IMG/VR virus record: IMGVR_UViG_3300028903_000005
Length of the DNA stretch: 64,000 nt
Origin: an uncultured virus (IMG/VR IMGVR_UViG_3300028903_000005)
Lineage: Duplodnaviria; Heunggongvirae; Uroviricota; Caudoviricetes
Reading direction: 5' to 3' (one strand)
Below the pieces are notes generated by a model that did not search any database, was not told where the DNA came from, and was given only the letters and a program-made list of their open reading frames with translations. Below are positions 38,582 to 49,524 of the stretch, piece by piece. A program made the position numbers and the translations under genes. Numbering within the stretch: position 1 is the first letter of the stretch; every line of letters begins with the position of its first letter.

Positions 38582-39687
38582 TTCATTTCCTCACATCTCT
38601 ATATGTTTTCATTCTATAAATAAGTATAGCATTAACGATACTCCCAAACACATCGCTGCACTAATTAATGGGATTCCACTAATTAAAAATACCACGAGTC
38701 CCACTACCTGACCAACTATTAAGCATTTTATAATAGTTGAAATAGTGTCTTTTTCAGGTTTGATACAAACATCATCGATGCTTCCAACATATCCGGTAAG
38801 AAGTTTGTAGGAGCCTCCCTTTCTACAAGTATATCGGATTATTTGTGGATTGCGCGCGCATTCGGTGCAGGTTCCACAATTTTCTTGGATGGGGGTTGTG
38901 CGTGGCATGATAATCACGGGATGATGGTGATGCATGGTAAATATTGTAGATACGGAACTATACCATAAATACCCATTATCAATCCTATGTCTAATACACT
39001 TACTGCAAGAAGACCCAATGCAGTCACATCAAATGGACTATCTTCCATGTCTATTTTTAATTTAATAGCACCAATAATTATTAATATAATACCTACAACC
39101 GCCAACATCCACGAAGCGATGATGATACGGGTTATTCTAATACCTCCTGCTGTTGTAATGCTCAATCTTCCGCAATTCCTTCCTTTCGTTTGTGTTTGAC
39201 ATACAAGAGTATACGCGGTAATAGTATTTATAACTTTGTAGAACGCGTGTAAAAAAGAAAATTAATATTCTCTGCGATAAATGTCGCCTTGCCAATCTAT
39301 ACTTTCCCATTCGTGATAATATTTCTTCGCATCTTTCAATGTTTGAAAAAATGCATTTTTGATCGCACCGTTTCTTGTCATGATTACTTCCCAAACAAGT
39401 TCTGACATATGATATTATAAGATACTGTTACTATTTAAATGTTTTTAAAAAAGAGAGTTAAATTAATTCAAGTCCCTTCCAAAGAACATCGATTGTGATT
39501 TCCGGAAATTTGACTTTGACAAATCGATCATTATATCCACTATTAAAAAATGCTTGTGTTGCTTCGCCAATAGTAATACCACGAGATCCTTTAATTAAAG
39601 ATTTGTGGTATCTTGTTAAGTCATCTGTTAATACAACTCCTGTGTTTTTTAAGTATTTTGCATTCGGATTCATTGTTTTATTCCTCC

Positions 39688-40287
39688 TTATATTCCATTA
39701 CTTTTCTGCATCAAAGTCGTCAATTCTCCCATTGAAGGGGTAGCATAGTGTTCTTGAACCGTACTTACTTTATCTCCTATCAGTGCGGCAACTTGTTCTA
39801 TTGTCCATCCTTCTTCTTGTTTAAGCTTAATACACGTTGATCTCATTGCATGAATTGGTATTGGTGTTGGAATACCAGCCTTCTTACACAAATCATTGAA
39901 GATATTATACGCGGTCTTGCTACTCATTGATCCCCCTTCGCGCACGTTCTGTCTAGCAGGGAACAAATATTTTTGTCCTTTATCAGTGTGTTCTTTGATA
40001 TATAACGACAATTCGTGTGCAAGTTCGTTGGTGATAGGAACAGTTTTAACTCTATTACCCTTTTTCTTTTCATGATATGACAGCATGGGGGCACTTGGAT
40101 TCAGATCAATATTGGATATTTCAACGCGCACGAGATCATCCCTTCGCAATCCGAGTGTAAACCCTATCATAATAAGCATTTTATCTTCATACGAGTTTGC
40201 AGCCATCAATACGGCATTTGCTTGTTTACGATTAAGCGCCTTTTCCCCAGTGGTATAATGTTTCTGAAATTCAAAAGCCATGATCAT
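39688..40287 (-). CDS. Tyrosine recombinase/integrase, catalytic domain only
   Basis: GLRRDDL (R), EKKKG (K), HAMR (HxxR) and IGDK...EHY (Y) motifs. Confidence 0.88.
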   Translation of the reverse strand: MIMAFEFQKHYTTGEKALNRKQANAVLMAANSYEDKMLIMIGFTLGLRRDDLVRVEISNIDLNPSAPMLSYHEKKKGNRVKTVPITNELAHELSLYIKEHTDKGQKYLFPARQNVREGGSMSSKTAYNIFNDLCKKAGIPTPIPIHAMRSTCIKLKQEEGWTIEQVAALIGDKVSTVQEHYATPSMGELTTLMQKSNGI

Positions 40288-40948
40288 ATCTAGTAACTCA
40301 AAATATTTAAACTTTCCGATTTCTCAAAATCTATGTAAAGTTTTACCAACAAAATTTTAAAACTAAAAAACGAACCATTTTACTTGTTTCTTTTTTGGTC
40401 ATTATACCTTTATTGCCGGAATGGGAAAATAAAACAAAAACGAGTCTAAAAAATAGTTACTACTTTGCCCAAGCACCTTTCTTTTTAAAATGCTTACATT
40501 TCAGATCTTTGTTCAATTCGTGGGTGAATAAGTTTAAACATTCTCCACTACATTGTTTTACATCTAAACTCTTCATACCACAATATCCAAGTTGCTTTTT
40601 AAGAGATATTTTATCATGTGTTGGAACTATCATTTTTCCACCATAATAAAATATGCATAAGTAGTATATATAATTTTCCTTTAACACGCGTATTAGAAAA
40701 CTATATATACTTTCGAGTTCCATATTGTATTGTAACAAAAATTAAGGAGTGAAAAGAAACATGGTGAAGAAAACAAACAAATACACAATGGCAGAAACGC
40801 TTGATGATATTGAATCATGGATCAACGACTCAATGTATTACACTGGATATAGTGAAGAGTCCGGTGTTGTAAAGGTTAATGATCTGATACTCTACCTGAA
40901 CGAACTTCGTGAAAGAAGTGGAATTAAAGTAGAAGGAGACGAGTAACC

Positions 40949-41179
40949 ATGCCTGCAAAGAAACTCACAATCCACTCGGAAATCAGTCTTGACGATCTCG
41001 CTGAAGAAATCAAATCTCTCGATGACGAATCGATCTTTGAACTTATCAAGTCAATCGATCTACAGGTTGCAGATTACGATTTCACAAAGAACTTGCGAGA
41101 TTACTTTGTGAAAGAGATGAAGAAAGAGGATGGGGCAAAAGAACCGATTGCACCTGTTGTTATTGCAAGGGAGTATTAA
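40949..41179 (+). CDS. Acidic hypothetical protein
   Basis: Operonic ORF. Confidence 0.55.
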   Translation: MPAKKLTIHSEISLDDLAEEIKSLDDESIFELIKSIDLQVADYDFTKNLRDYFVKEMKKEDGAKEPIAPVVIAREY

Positions 41180-41537
41180 CATGAACTACATCGATAAAGT
41201 AGAAGCAGCGTGTGCATATGACCGCGCGTTTGAAGCGCGAAAGTGGTGCGATTTAATTCCCCCACTAGAATTTCCATCAACTTGGAAAATTAAAATGGTG
41301 CCTCCATTTGGTGGTGCACTTGCTCGATTTTGTGTGGTTACAGAATTCGGGAAGGTTTCTGTATATTTAGACGCATATGACCAACTTGGGTGTATGGATA
41401 ATAAACCATATTGGGAAATATATCCCGGATCCAATGAATATGGAGATCCAGATCGCTTCCAAATGAATGAAACAACAGAATTAATCGATGGTATTAAAAA
41501 ATCCATTGATAAAATGAAACCGAATGATGTGATTTAA
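41130..41537 (+). CDS. Hypothetical protein (probable start MNYID)
   Basis: PPFGGALARF, VSVYLD.Y..LG and PYWEIYP motifs. Confidence 0.65.
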   Translation: MGQKNRLHLLLLQGSINMNYIDKVEAACAYDRAFEARKWCDLIPPLEFPSTWKIKMVPPFGGALARFCVVTEFGKVSVYLDAYDQLGCMDNKPYWEIYPGSNEYGDPDRFQMNETTELIDGIKKSIDKMKPNDVI

Positions 41538-41961
41538 ATGAACTACGGCGAACTTTCAACCAAAGAATTTAATGATGACGAAGAGATGACTACCAATTGC
41601 GGTGTGTATGTAGAAGATGAACGCAACGAATCGTCGGAAATTAGCGCGCTGTTGGATTATTATGAGGGGTATTAACCTATGACCAACAAACCAAAAACAA
41701 TTGAAATCGTTATCACAAAACACGACAAAGACTACTACCACGCGCGTATTAAGGATACCAAGCGTTCTGCCGATGATTGTGATATTTATACAACTATCGG
41801 GCGGCTGGTATTTGAGAATCAAGATTTTTTCAACGTGAAGATTGGTATTGAATCGAAGGATACACCTAAAAAGAAGAAGGGTGGGTTGTTGTTTAATACG
41901 AATCCGGGATCGTCATTATATTAACGATACCTATTTAATCTTTAAAAACAAACATTGTATC

Positions 41962-42651
41962 ATGTCTAAAAATTTCGTTCTGGGCGATCTCCACGGTCGC
42001 GCTCCCGCGCTTATAGAAGTATTGGATAAGTGCAACTTCTCTAGTAATGACAATCTTATTGTTCTCGGCGACATCGTAGATGGATACCCGTGGGTAAAAG
42101 AATGTTTTGATATACTGGATGGGATTAAGAATAAGGTAATCTGCCGTGGAAATCACGACTACCCTTGGTTCTACAACTGGGTAACAACCGGCCAAGAATT
42201 ACCAGTGTGGGTTCACCAAGGGGGATATGCCACTCTGCGTTCTTACGACTTTGATAACAGGAATGTTCCCGAATCCCACGTCAAGATGATAGAGACTTCG
42301 AAAATCTACCATATCGATTCATCAAAGAATCTCTACTGCCACGGCGGATTCAACGCGCGCGTTCCTATTGAAAATCAAGAAGACGAATTTATCCTGTGGG
42401 ACAGGACATTGTGTAAATACGCATATAACAGGTGGATTCAAAAGAATCCCGTGAATATTGAACCGTATAAGAAGATCTTTGTAGGGCATACAAGCACCAT
42501 GCTTTTTTATTCTTCGAGACCGTTGATTATGGGAAATGTGGTTATGCTCGATACCGGAGGTGGTGATATTGGGAAGTTGACAATTATGAATGTCGATACG
42601 TTGGAATGGTGGCAGAGCAATAAGAAGAATATGAACACGGATGTAGTATGA
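41962..42651 (+). CDS. Ser/Thr phosphatase-like metallophosphoesterase
   Basis: GDLHG, LGDIVD, RGNHD, HGG, VGHT and LDTGG motifs. Confidence 0.88.
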   Translation: MSKNFVLGDLHGRAPALIEVLDKCNFSSNDNLIVLGDIVDGYPWVKECFDILDGIKNKVICRGNHDYPWFYNWVTTGQELPVWVHQGGYATLRSYDFDNRNVPESHVKMIETSKIYHIDSSKNLYCHGGFNARVPIENQEDEFILWDRTLCKYAYNRWIQKNPVNIEPYKKIFVGHTSTMLFYSSRPLIMGNVVMLDTGGGDIGKLTIMNVDTLEWWQSNKKNMNTDVV

Positions 42652-42689
42652 TTAAATCCGGAAGTTAATATGGTTATGGTGTTGTTTAA

Positions 42690-42995
42690 ATGAAAGTCTA
42701 TGGAGAAATCGAATTGAGCGGTATCACAAAGATTGTGGTTAATCGCATGGTTGTATGGGAACGAGAAGGCGAGATATGGGTAAAGAAAGCAGGTGGCGCG
42801 AAGTTTGTCTATAATGAAGACTATCGTGTAATCAAATATCCACATCAGATGATGTATCATGTCAACAGGCTTCTTGCACGAAACGTTAAAGATCCAGTAT
42901 TGGAGATGCTTGATATTAAAGAAAATGCGTATAAGGCGTGGCCTGCTGGAAATACTTTAAACGTATGTAGGAAGGATTTGATTAAAACAGACTAA
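42690..42995 (+). CDS. Hypothetical protein
   Basis: 101-aa ORF. Confidence 0.55.
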   Translation: MKVYGEIELSGITKIVVNRMVVWEREGEIWVKKAGGAKFVYNEDYRVIKYPHQMMYHVNRLLARNVKDPVLEMLDIKENAYKAWPAGNTLNVCRKDLIKTD

Positions 42996-43049
42996 TTTTT
43001 AATGCTTATATTAATGCTCACGCTCATATTTTGAGCATTTTTAAAAGAG

Positions 43050-44387
43050 TTATGATAATTTATTATTCCCTTTTATAATCCCTTTCATTCGCGCTTCTGC
43101 AATCTCACAAAAATGTGAATCGCTATCAATCATAATGCATTGAAATCCTTCCAGATATGCGGCAAGACCCGTGGAACCCGAACCACAGAAAGGATCTAGA
43201 ACAACACCGTTTGGTGGTGTAATTAATTTACACAAATACCGCATTAATGATATTGATTTGACTGTAGGATGATCATTTTTAGATCCGTTTGTTCTTCCTG
43301 CACCAGCGCGTGGGGAATTTAAACCAGCAGAACCTTCTACGCGATCTGTACATTCCCCTGCTGTTTTATGTGGAAGATTTTCGCAACCGATGTTTCGTTC
43401 TGATGGTGACGGTTTTGCACAATAGAAGAAGCGAGCGGCGGAGCCGGAATCACAACGTATCCATTCTTCGCGAACCAATTTACGATTGAATGGTTGAATT
43501 GCCCAAGTATCTTTTTTAATTTTATCCTTCGCGCCTCCGCCACTCATGCCCATTGCTTGTGGAAACAACGCCAACACTTCATCACTACCATCGTGAATAA
43601 GATTGGCGGGGAATCGGCCCGATGATACTACACCAGCACCCGTGTCACCTTGCACCAATCCATTACTTCTAAAACCTTGTGCATTTCTTACAAGGGGATT
43701 GCTTGTAACCAACCCTTCAACCCTACACCCATCGATATTAATCCCACCAACACCATACTCTAAAACATTCTGCGCAATCGTTCCTTCCACGGGTTTCCTT
43801 AACAGTATCCAATCTTCGTGCGCGGGTTTGAGTGCGGTTCCCCAACCGTTCCATTGGATAGCGGCATCCGAAACGGGTTTGTTATCAGTAGTAGTATGTT
43901 CCCCGATCATAGATCGTTCAATAGATCCTTGGTGTTCTCTCAGCCCATTTTTAACATGCCACTCTGCTAACATGTCTTTATCTGAAGAAACCATCTCTCG
44001 TAAAGATACCCCTCTTCTATTTGGAGCGGCAGGCATTACCAAATCCAAGTCTTTACTAATATTGCGGGATTTCGGAAACCCCGTTCCAAAAATATGTACA
44101 ATACTATCTCTCACCTCAAACCCACCATCCTCCCACGCTGTGGCAGTCCAATGGCTTGTTCTGGGTAAAGACCACACGAGAGCATGCCCACCGGGTTTTA
44201 TTACGCGTAAACATTCTGTAGCAATGCCTGTCATCCATTCTATCCATTGATCGCGTCCACCTTTATCGTGATCCCAAGACTTCCCCATAAATTTTATTCC
44301 CGCTGGAGGATCGGTAACGATAGAGTCTACACTATTTTCATCCATTCTTTTTATTACTTCTTTACAATCTCCACAGATAACGGGCAA
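43050..44387 (-). CDS. Beta-class N6-adenine/N4-cytosine DNA methyltransferase
   Basis: VTDPPAGIKFMGKSWD, GWGTALKPAHE, RFFYCAK, HPTVK and LDPFCGSGSTG motifs. Confidence 0.92.
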   Translation of the reverse strand: MPVICGDCKEVIKRMDENSVDSIVTDPPAGIKFMGKSWDHDKGGRDQWIEWMTGIATECLRVIKPGGHALVWSLPRTSHWTATAWEDGGFEVRDSIVHIFGTGFPKSRNISKDLDLVMPAAPNRRGVSLREMVSSDKDMLAEWHVKNGLREHQGSIERSMIGEHTTTDNKPVSDAAIQWNGWGTALKPAHEDWILLRKPVEGTIAQNVLEYGVGGINIDGCRVEGLVTSNPLVRNAQGFRSNGLVQGDTGAGVVSSGRFPANLIHDGSDEVLALFPQAMGMSGGGAKDKIKKDTWAIQPFNRKLVREEWIRCDSGSAARFFYCAKPSPSERNIGCENLPHKTAGECTDRVEGSAGLNSPRAGAGRTNGSKNDHPTVKSISLMRYLCKLITPPNGVVLDPFCGSGSTGLAAYLEGFQCIMIDSDSHFCEIAEARMKGIIKGNNKLS

Positions 44388-44537
44388 AACATCACCTCAA
44401 TTTCCGACCCTTACGAGCAGCATTCGCACACTTCACACAATGATAAATCGCACCATCCCTATTCTGTGCTTTCCGTCTTTTCGCATCGCTTGCCTGTATT
44501 TTAAATCGTTTCTTGCAATAACTACAGAATACCCAAA

Positions 44538-44801
44538 TCATAAAATATCACCTACAATTACAGCATAAACCCCAGACACCGTAAACGCCACATACATAAT
44601 AATCAACGCTGCATAGCTCAGTCCACCTTCCCACCACTTCTTATGACCACCAATTGCCCATATTAACAATATGGGGTTCGAGATCATCCAAACAAGAATG
44701 GCGAGATTGTGATTGAGCCATAGTGAATTTACAAGTGCTCCAACAGTACCTATCGTTGAACCAACAATAGATATTGTGGAACCAATTTGTGTTTTATTCA
44801 T
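44538..44801 (-). CDS. Small membrane protein (3 TM helices)
   Basis: Hydrophobic; W.ISN motif. Confidence 0.6.
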   Translation of the reverse strand: MNKTQIGSTISIVGSTIGTVGALVNSLWLNHNLAILVWMISNPILLIWAIGGHKKWWEGGLSYAALIIMYVAFTVSGVYAVIVGDIL

Positions 44802-45090
44802 TCAACCCCAACATCTTCTTAATACGTTGTTCTTTTATATCCATTTCACACTTAACACGTTTAGTGTAATCGGGGTCGTGTTTAAGCATCATAATATCAA
44901 TCTGTTCCAACATAATACGCACGTCTGCTTCTTCTTCCGCTATCGATTTAATACGCGATGGATCTTCTGGCTCTCGTTTATATTTTGAGATCGCCTTAAT
45001 CAATTCAGAACACTCTTCAATGGCTATATCCAGTTGCTTTGATTCACCATACTTTTGAATCATTTGTTCTAGGAGTTTTTGAGAGATCAT
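44794..45090 (-). CDS. MazG-like nucleotide pyrophosphohydrolase
   Basis: EECSELIKAISK...EEEADV motif. Confidence 0.8.
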   Translation of the reverse strand: MISQKLLEQMIQKYGESKQLDIAIEECSELIKAISKYKREPEDPSRIKSIAEEEADVRIMLEQIDIMMLKHDPDYTKRVKCEMDIKEQRIKKMLGLNE

Positions 45091-45303
45091 TCTTTCCCTT
45101 CCAATATCTTAATCGCCTTCTCCAATTCCACAACGCGTTTGTCCTGACATTCATTCATAAATTCAAACAACTCATCACTATCTTCAACTTTAAACCTGAC
45201 GCGCGCGCGTTCTAAATAACATTTCAGAATGCGAATAGCGTATTTTCCGTCTGGTGTTGCATCTGGGCGAACTTTATTTATTGGTCTATCTACTTGTGGT
45301 AAT

Positions 45304-45678
45304 TTAAACATGCAAGATCTCCTGTTGTTCTAGTTTCTTCTTTAAATAATCACAATGACATCTAGCTGGTTTACACCAGCAAAAAAGCCGTTTTGCTCCT
45401 TTTAACTCATTAATATCAAGATATCCACCCGTTTTATTCATCCAAAGATCTACTTGAACGGGTGTTAAACCTCCCATTTTAAGCATACTTCTTACCATTG
45501 TTTCGTTTCCCGGTTCGGTTATAGCATCTAAATAATCTTCATATAAATCACATACGCGATTACGCATATGTTGCTCATACATTATAAAGGGATTACCCCA
45601 TTTAGTTTCTCGGTCGCACCTAAAATCTCCGGGTTTCCCGAAATCTCGTATATGAAGCATGTTGACTACTTCGATCAT
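45304..45678 (-). CDS. DUF4326-domain protein
   Basis: R.TKWGNPF...L.CWCKP.RCHCD.L motif. Confidence 0.8.
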   Translation of the reverse strand: MIEVVNMLHIRDFGKPGDFRCDRETKWGNPFIMYEQHMRNRVCDLYEDYLDAITEPGNETMVRSMLKMGGLTPVQVDLWMNKTGGYLDINELKGAKRLFCWCKPARCHCDYLKKKLEQQEILHV

Positions 45679-46141
45679 AGTCTATCCGTATTTAAAAACA
45701 TACTCTTTCTTTTGTCTAATCAAAGAAGGATTACTTCTTTCGAGTTCCCTTTTCTTATCGACAAAATACAACCGCGCGGGGAACAAAATAATCCTCCCGA
45801 CCAATAGATAAATCGGAATATCGATACTTATCATTCCCAATCCACATATTACAAATCCCACAATCGTGGATATTGTTAGTCCGATTTCCGGGAACTTCAA
45901 TCCCCACAGCACATAGTTTATAATATCATATTGTTTTTTTGTTGTTGTCATTCTTTATCATCCTTCAATTTTAATTCTTTCAACCTTTCAGCATCCAAAA
46001 CCCCAGCATCTATTGCCATCATCCAATGCATTACTTTTCTCAATCCAACAGAAGAATCCTTTTTTAATAAGAAATCATACCAATGTAATTCCGAGTAGAT
46101 CAATCGGAAAAGAATCTTCCAACGCGTTTCATAATCACAGG

Positions 46142-46723
46142 TCATTCTTTCTCTTCCCCCTCCACGATCTTCTCAATTACATTAATCCCAGCATCCAATT
46201 CTTCCGCTTCATGCAACGCCGATTCCTTTTTCTTTTCGCGTATTGCGTCTTGGACATATTTTGATTCATACAACGCGTCTCCCAAGATTCCACCTGCTAC
46301 AAATGTCTTTTCCCATTCGCTATCATGAATCTTTTCCATTTCCTCCCCAAACTTCCACAGCAATTCGCTTACATCTTTCACAGATTCCGGAGCATCATTC
46401 TTGAACAACACCGTCCAATATTGCTCTTGTACATCATATCCAAACTTGACCGCCAAATCCTGTTCATTAATATCAAACAAATGATACCATTTTCCATCTT
46501 CTTTCGCAACAAATAAGAAGTCGGTAATTTCAAACCACTTGCTAGATCCGCCCATGCCGTCTATCATTTCGCGGTCTACAATAAGAGTGATCAAATCCCG
46601 AATGTTGTCAGATACTAATATAACAGTATATTCATCCTTTTCTCCGGGTTTATATCTAATAGTGTATTTATAGAGTTTCAAAATCTCTGTTTCCATATCA
46701 ATAACCTCGCGCGCGGATAGCAT
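46142..46723 (-). CDS. Acidic hypothetical protein
   Basis: 193-aa ORF in the minus-strand operon. Confidence 0.6.
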   Translation of the reverse strand: MLSAREVIDMETEILKLYKYTIRYKPGEKDEYTVILVSDNIRDLITLIVDREMIDGMGGSSKWFEITDFLFVAKEDGKWYHLFDINEQDLAVKFGYDVQEQYWTVLFKNDAPESVKDVSELLWKFGEEMEKIHDSEWEKTFVAGGILGDALYESKYVQDAIREKKKESALHEAEELDAGINVIEKIVEGEEKE

Positions 46724-47071
46724 TTAACGGAACCATATAACATTCTTCCTTTCTCGCTTCGTTTAAAACAGTAATCACAGCAAAATCTCCATCGATGTCT
46801 TTTATTTCGGCAGCTTGTTCAAGCCTTTGCTTGGGAATCCACGTGGGTTTATTAGTTGGTGAGACCCGCCACCAAACTGCTTGGCGCTTATGAAAATCGG
46901 GCATACGTATATTGATAGGTGTTGTTTGTATTTATAATGTTCGGTTTCATCCCAAGTTCCCACCCTTTTGCCGCGCGCTGGCATAATGCGCATGTCATAT
47001 ATTATGGTGGAAAAGAAATAAAAACACACAAACACAAAACTTTATATATAATGCGATAAAAACATTTATAT

Positions 47072-47404
47072 ATGAGTTTTTCTGATACTAATAAAAGTAA
47101 CTCATCTCCCATGTCAGTAGGCACCCCAAAGGATAAATACGTTGATTTTTTCTTTAATCAATTCGGGTGTTACACTAGCATATTGAGGTCGGATGTTAAT
47201 GAGAAAGAATTGGATCGGGCAACAGCAGCACTTATTGCTATCTGCCCCGACAATAAGATACGAGAAGAACTGTTCAAAAAATACACGGATAAGAAAAAAG
47301 AGTCTGGTATAGTAACCGCATCCGCTGGACTAGCTGGTAACTTCATGTCATATATATCTGACACGCTGGAGTTTACCGAAAAAAGTTATGCATCGGTGTT
47401 CTAA
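47072..47404 (+). CDS. Hypothetical protein upstream of the ATPase
   Basis: TATA element upstream; TAATG coupling to the ATPase. Confidence 0.7.
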   Translation: MSFSDTNKSNSSPMSVGTPKDKYVDFFFNQFGCYTSILRSDVNEKELDRATAALIAICPDNKIREELFKKYTDKKKESGIVTASAGLAGNFMSYISDTLEFTEKSYASVF

Positions 47405-48381
47405 TGGATCTCACCAAACCAATTGTATTGGAAAGCGGGATTGTGGATCTGGGATGTTCTAACAGGTCTGCCATAATCAGACTTGCTAATTGGGCACAAG
47501 ATCTTATTGACAATAAAAAACCAATCCCTAGAAGTCCATTCTGCAAATGGGCGGCAGAGCGTGTTGCTTCTAAAGATAAACAAGATTTGACTATCTTTAT
47601 ATCAGCACGCAAGGGCAAAGGCAAATCTTATACAGCACTCTATCTTGCTTCGCGCATTGCTGATGAGATTGCGTTGTTACTTGGTGGGAAACAATCCGAT
47701 TACTTTACAATAGAGAACTGTGCACTTCTCATGGATTCATCAAAGATTACCAATCTATTGTCAACTAAAGGCAAATATCAAGTTTTGATTATTGACGATG
47801 CCGGTGTTGGAGCAAACAATAGGGAGTTTTTATCTCGTGGTAATATTAACTTTAATAAGATTATGATGACATGCAGAACCAAACGGTGGGTTGTAATATT
47901 CACATCGGTTCTTAAAAGTCACGTTGATTTAAATATTCGCGAAATGAGCGATGTGTTAATTAATATTTATAAATCGTTTCATGTGGGTGGATTTAACATT
48001 TGTAAGGCAAAAAATTCGGACGTTGTAGAATTACCAAATAACAAAAACGTGACAATTTCTAAAAGATTATCGTTTGATAAAGATAATAAAAAAATTGATT
48101 TCTGGGTCTCGTTTGCACCAGATAGAGAACTTGCTGAAGAATACGACCGTCAAAGAGATGTAGCAGCAGATAAGATTTTGCAAGAATCCAACGAACAATT
48201 AAATGAAAAACAATCAGGGAAAACAGAAACAAAACAACAGGAATTATTCACAAAATATTATGACACTGTAAAGAAACTCTTCGAAACCGAACCTGATATA
48301 AAATCCAGAGAAGTGCTTCGGAGATGCCCGGGGTTAACATTAACATATTTGGATAAAATGAGAGCACAAGGAGGATTCTGA
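47404..48381 (+). CDS. P-loop ATPase (Zot/packaging-type, as in spindle-shaped viruses)
   Basis: Walker A ARKGKGKS, Walker B LIIDDAG, CRTKR and VDLNIRE motifs. Confidence 0.8.
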   Translation: MDLTKPIVLESGIVDLGCSNRSAIIRLANWAQDLIDNKKPIPRSPFCKWAAERVASKDKQDLTIFISARKGKGKSYTALYLASRIADEIALLLGGKQSDYFTIENCALLMDSSKITNLLSTKGKYQVLIIDDAGVGANNREFLSRGNINFNKIMMTCRTKRWVVIFTSVLKSHVDLNIREMSDVLINIYKSFHVGGFNICKAKNSDVVELPNNKNVTISKRLSFDKDNKKIDFWVSFAPDRELAEEYDRQRDVAADKILQESNEQLNEKQSGKTETKQQELFTKYYDTVKKLFETEPDIKSREVLRRCPGLTLTYLDKMRAQGGF

Positions 48382-48875
48382 TGACAGATAAAGAAGCAGA
48401 ATTATTAAAAATAAGTGAAGAACTTGTTGAAATACAAAAAGATGGGAAAGATCATTCGACAACAGAATTTTTTAAAATTCTGGAAAAAATTAAAATGCTA
48501 ATCGATCCGAATTTCATGGCTATACCGGAAGATTTGAAAAGAAGTATAGGTATAGCCACTGTAAGTGCGGTTGCTGCACCGGATCCCGAACAAAGAGTCG
48601 ATATAGTGAGGGCTGGATTGGCCCTTTTAAGAACTGCTGTTTTGATGGCGGGGGGGCCACAAACGCGTTTTTATTTAGAAAAAATCAAAGCACATGAAAA
48701 CGCAATATCTACTGAATTAAAAAGAATTGCACCAGCAGAAGGAGAAGCGGAACGTGTTACACTATTTGATACGGTGTGGCGCGCAACCTCGTTTCTTGTG
48801 TTTATGAGTTTTAATGGATATGGAGAAATTAATTCAACGGGTTTTTCGTGGCCCGGGAGTGGTGATTCTAAATGA
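48381..48875 (+). CDS. Helical hypothetical protein
   Basis: Coupled to the ATPase gene. Confidence 0.7.
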   Translation: MTDKEAELLKISEELVEIQKDGKDHSTTEFFKILEKIKMLIDPNFMAIPEDLKRSIGIATVSAVAAPDPEQRVDIVRAGLALLRTAVLMAGGPQTRFYLEKIKAHENAISTELKRIAPAEGEAERVTLFDTVWRATSFLVFMSFNGYGEINSTGFSWPGSGDSK

Positions 48876-49453
48876 CGATGCGGGATTTGTTCAAAAATAC
48901 CGATGATTATGAAGGCGAATACAATAACCAAGAACAAGAGCAACCACAATTGACAGATGGTGGTGAGGGGGAACAAGCGCAAGATGGGGATACTTACGAT
49001 GATGGGATGGGTGGTGTATCAAATGTTGCACCGGGTAATGAAATGGCTACCATGCCACACGATTTTCGCTATGTAGATAGGTTCATTAAAGTAAAGGGAA
49101 TCCCAAAAGATAACGGAGATGGAACACGCGCGGGGTATCTACTCAACCCCGATTTCGCTGAAAACTTTGTCATAAATTTTTTAAGCTCCCAAGACCAAAA
49201 ACACATCTGGAGAAGGTTCGCCGACGTTCAAGACGAGGCGAGTGGAGAGGGGAATGAACAATTAACAAAATCTAGCAGTGATTTGTTAGCATTGCGGGTT
49301 TTAATGAAAAGAAGTTCAACAGAAAACGATTTGAATTTGAATGAAAGAACCGCTCATATTGAGTCTAGAAGTAGAAGTTCAATTAAAACCACTTCTAATG
49401 TATCTAGGGCACAAAATTCTGGAAGTTGGCTTTCGCGCCTTTTTGGAAAATAA
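48872..49453 (+). CDS. Hypothetical protein with acidic N-terminus and amphipathic C-terminus (WLSRLFGK)
   Basis: Coupled ORF. Confidence 0.7.
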   Translation: MTMRDLFKNTDDYEGEYNNQEQEQPQLTDGGEGEQAQDGDTYDDGMGGVSNVAPGNEMATMPHDFRYVDRFIKVKGIPKDNGDGTRAGYLLNPDFAENFVINFLSSQDQKHIWRRFADVQDEASGEGNEQLTKSSSDLLALRVLMKRSSTENDLNLNERTAHIESRSRSSIKTTSNVSRAQNSGSWLSRLFGK

Positions 49454-49524
49454 AATTTTTTATAAGTTTTTACAAACTTTTATAAACTATAAAAATTAAT
49501 ACATATATAGGATGGTGTATTAAA

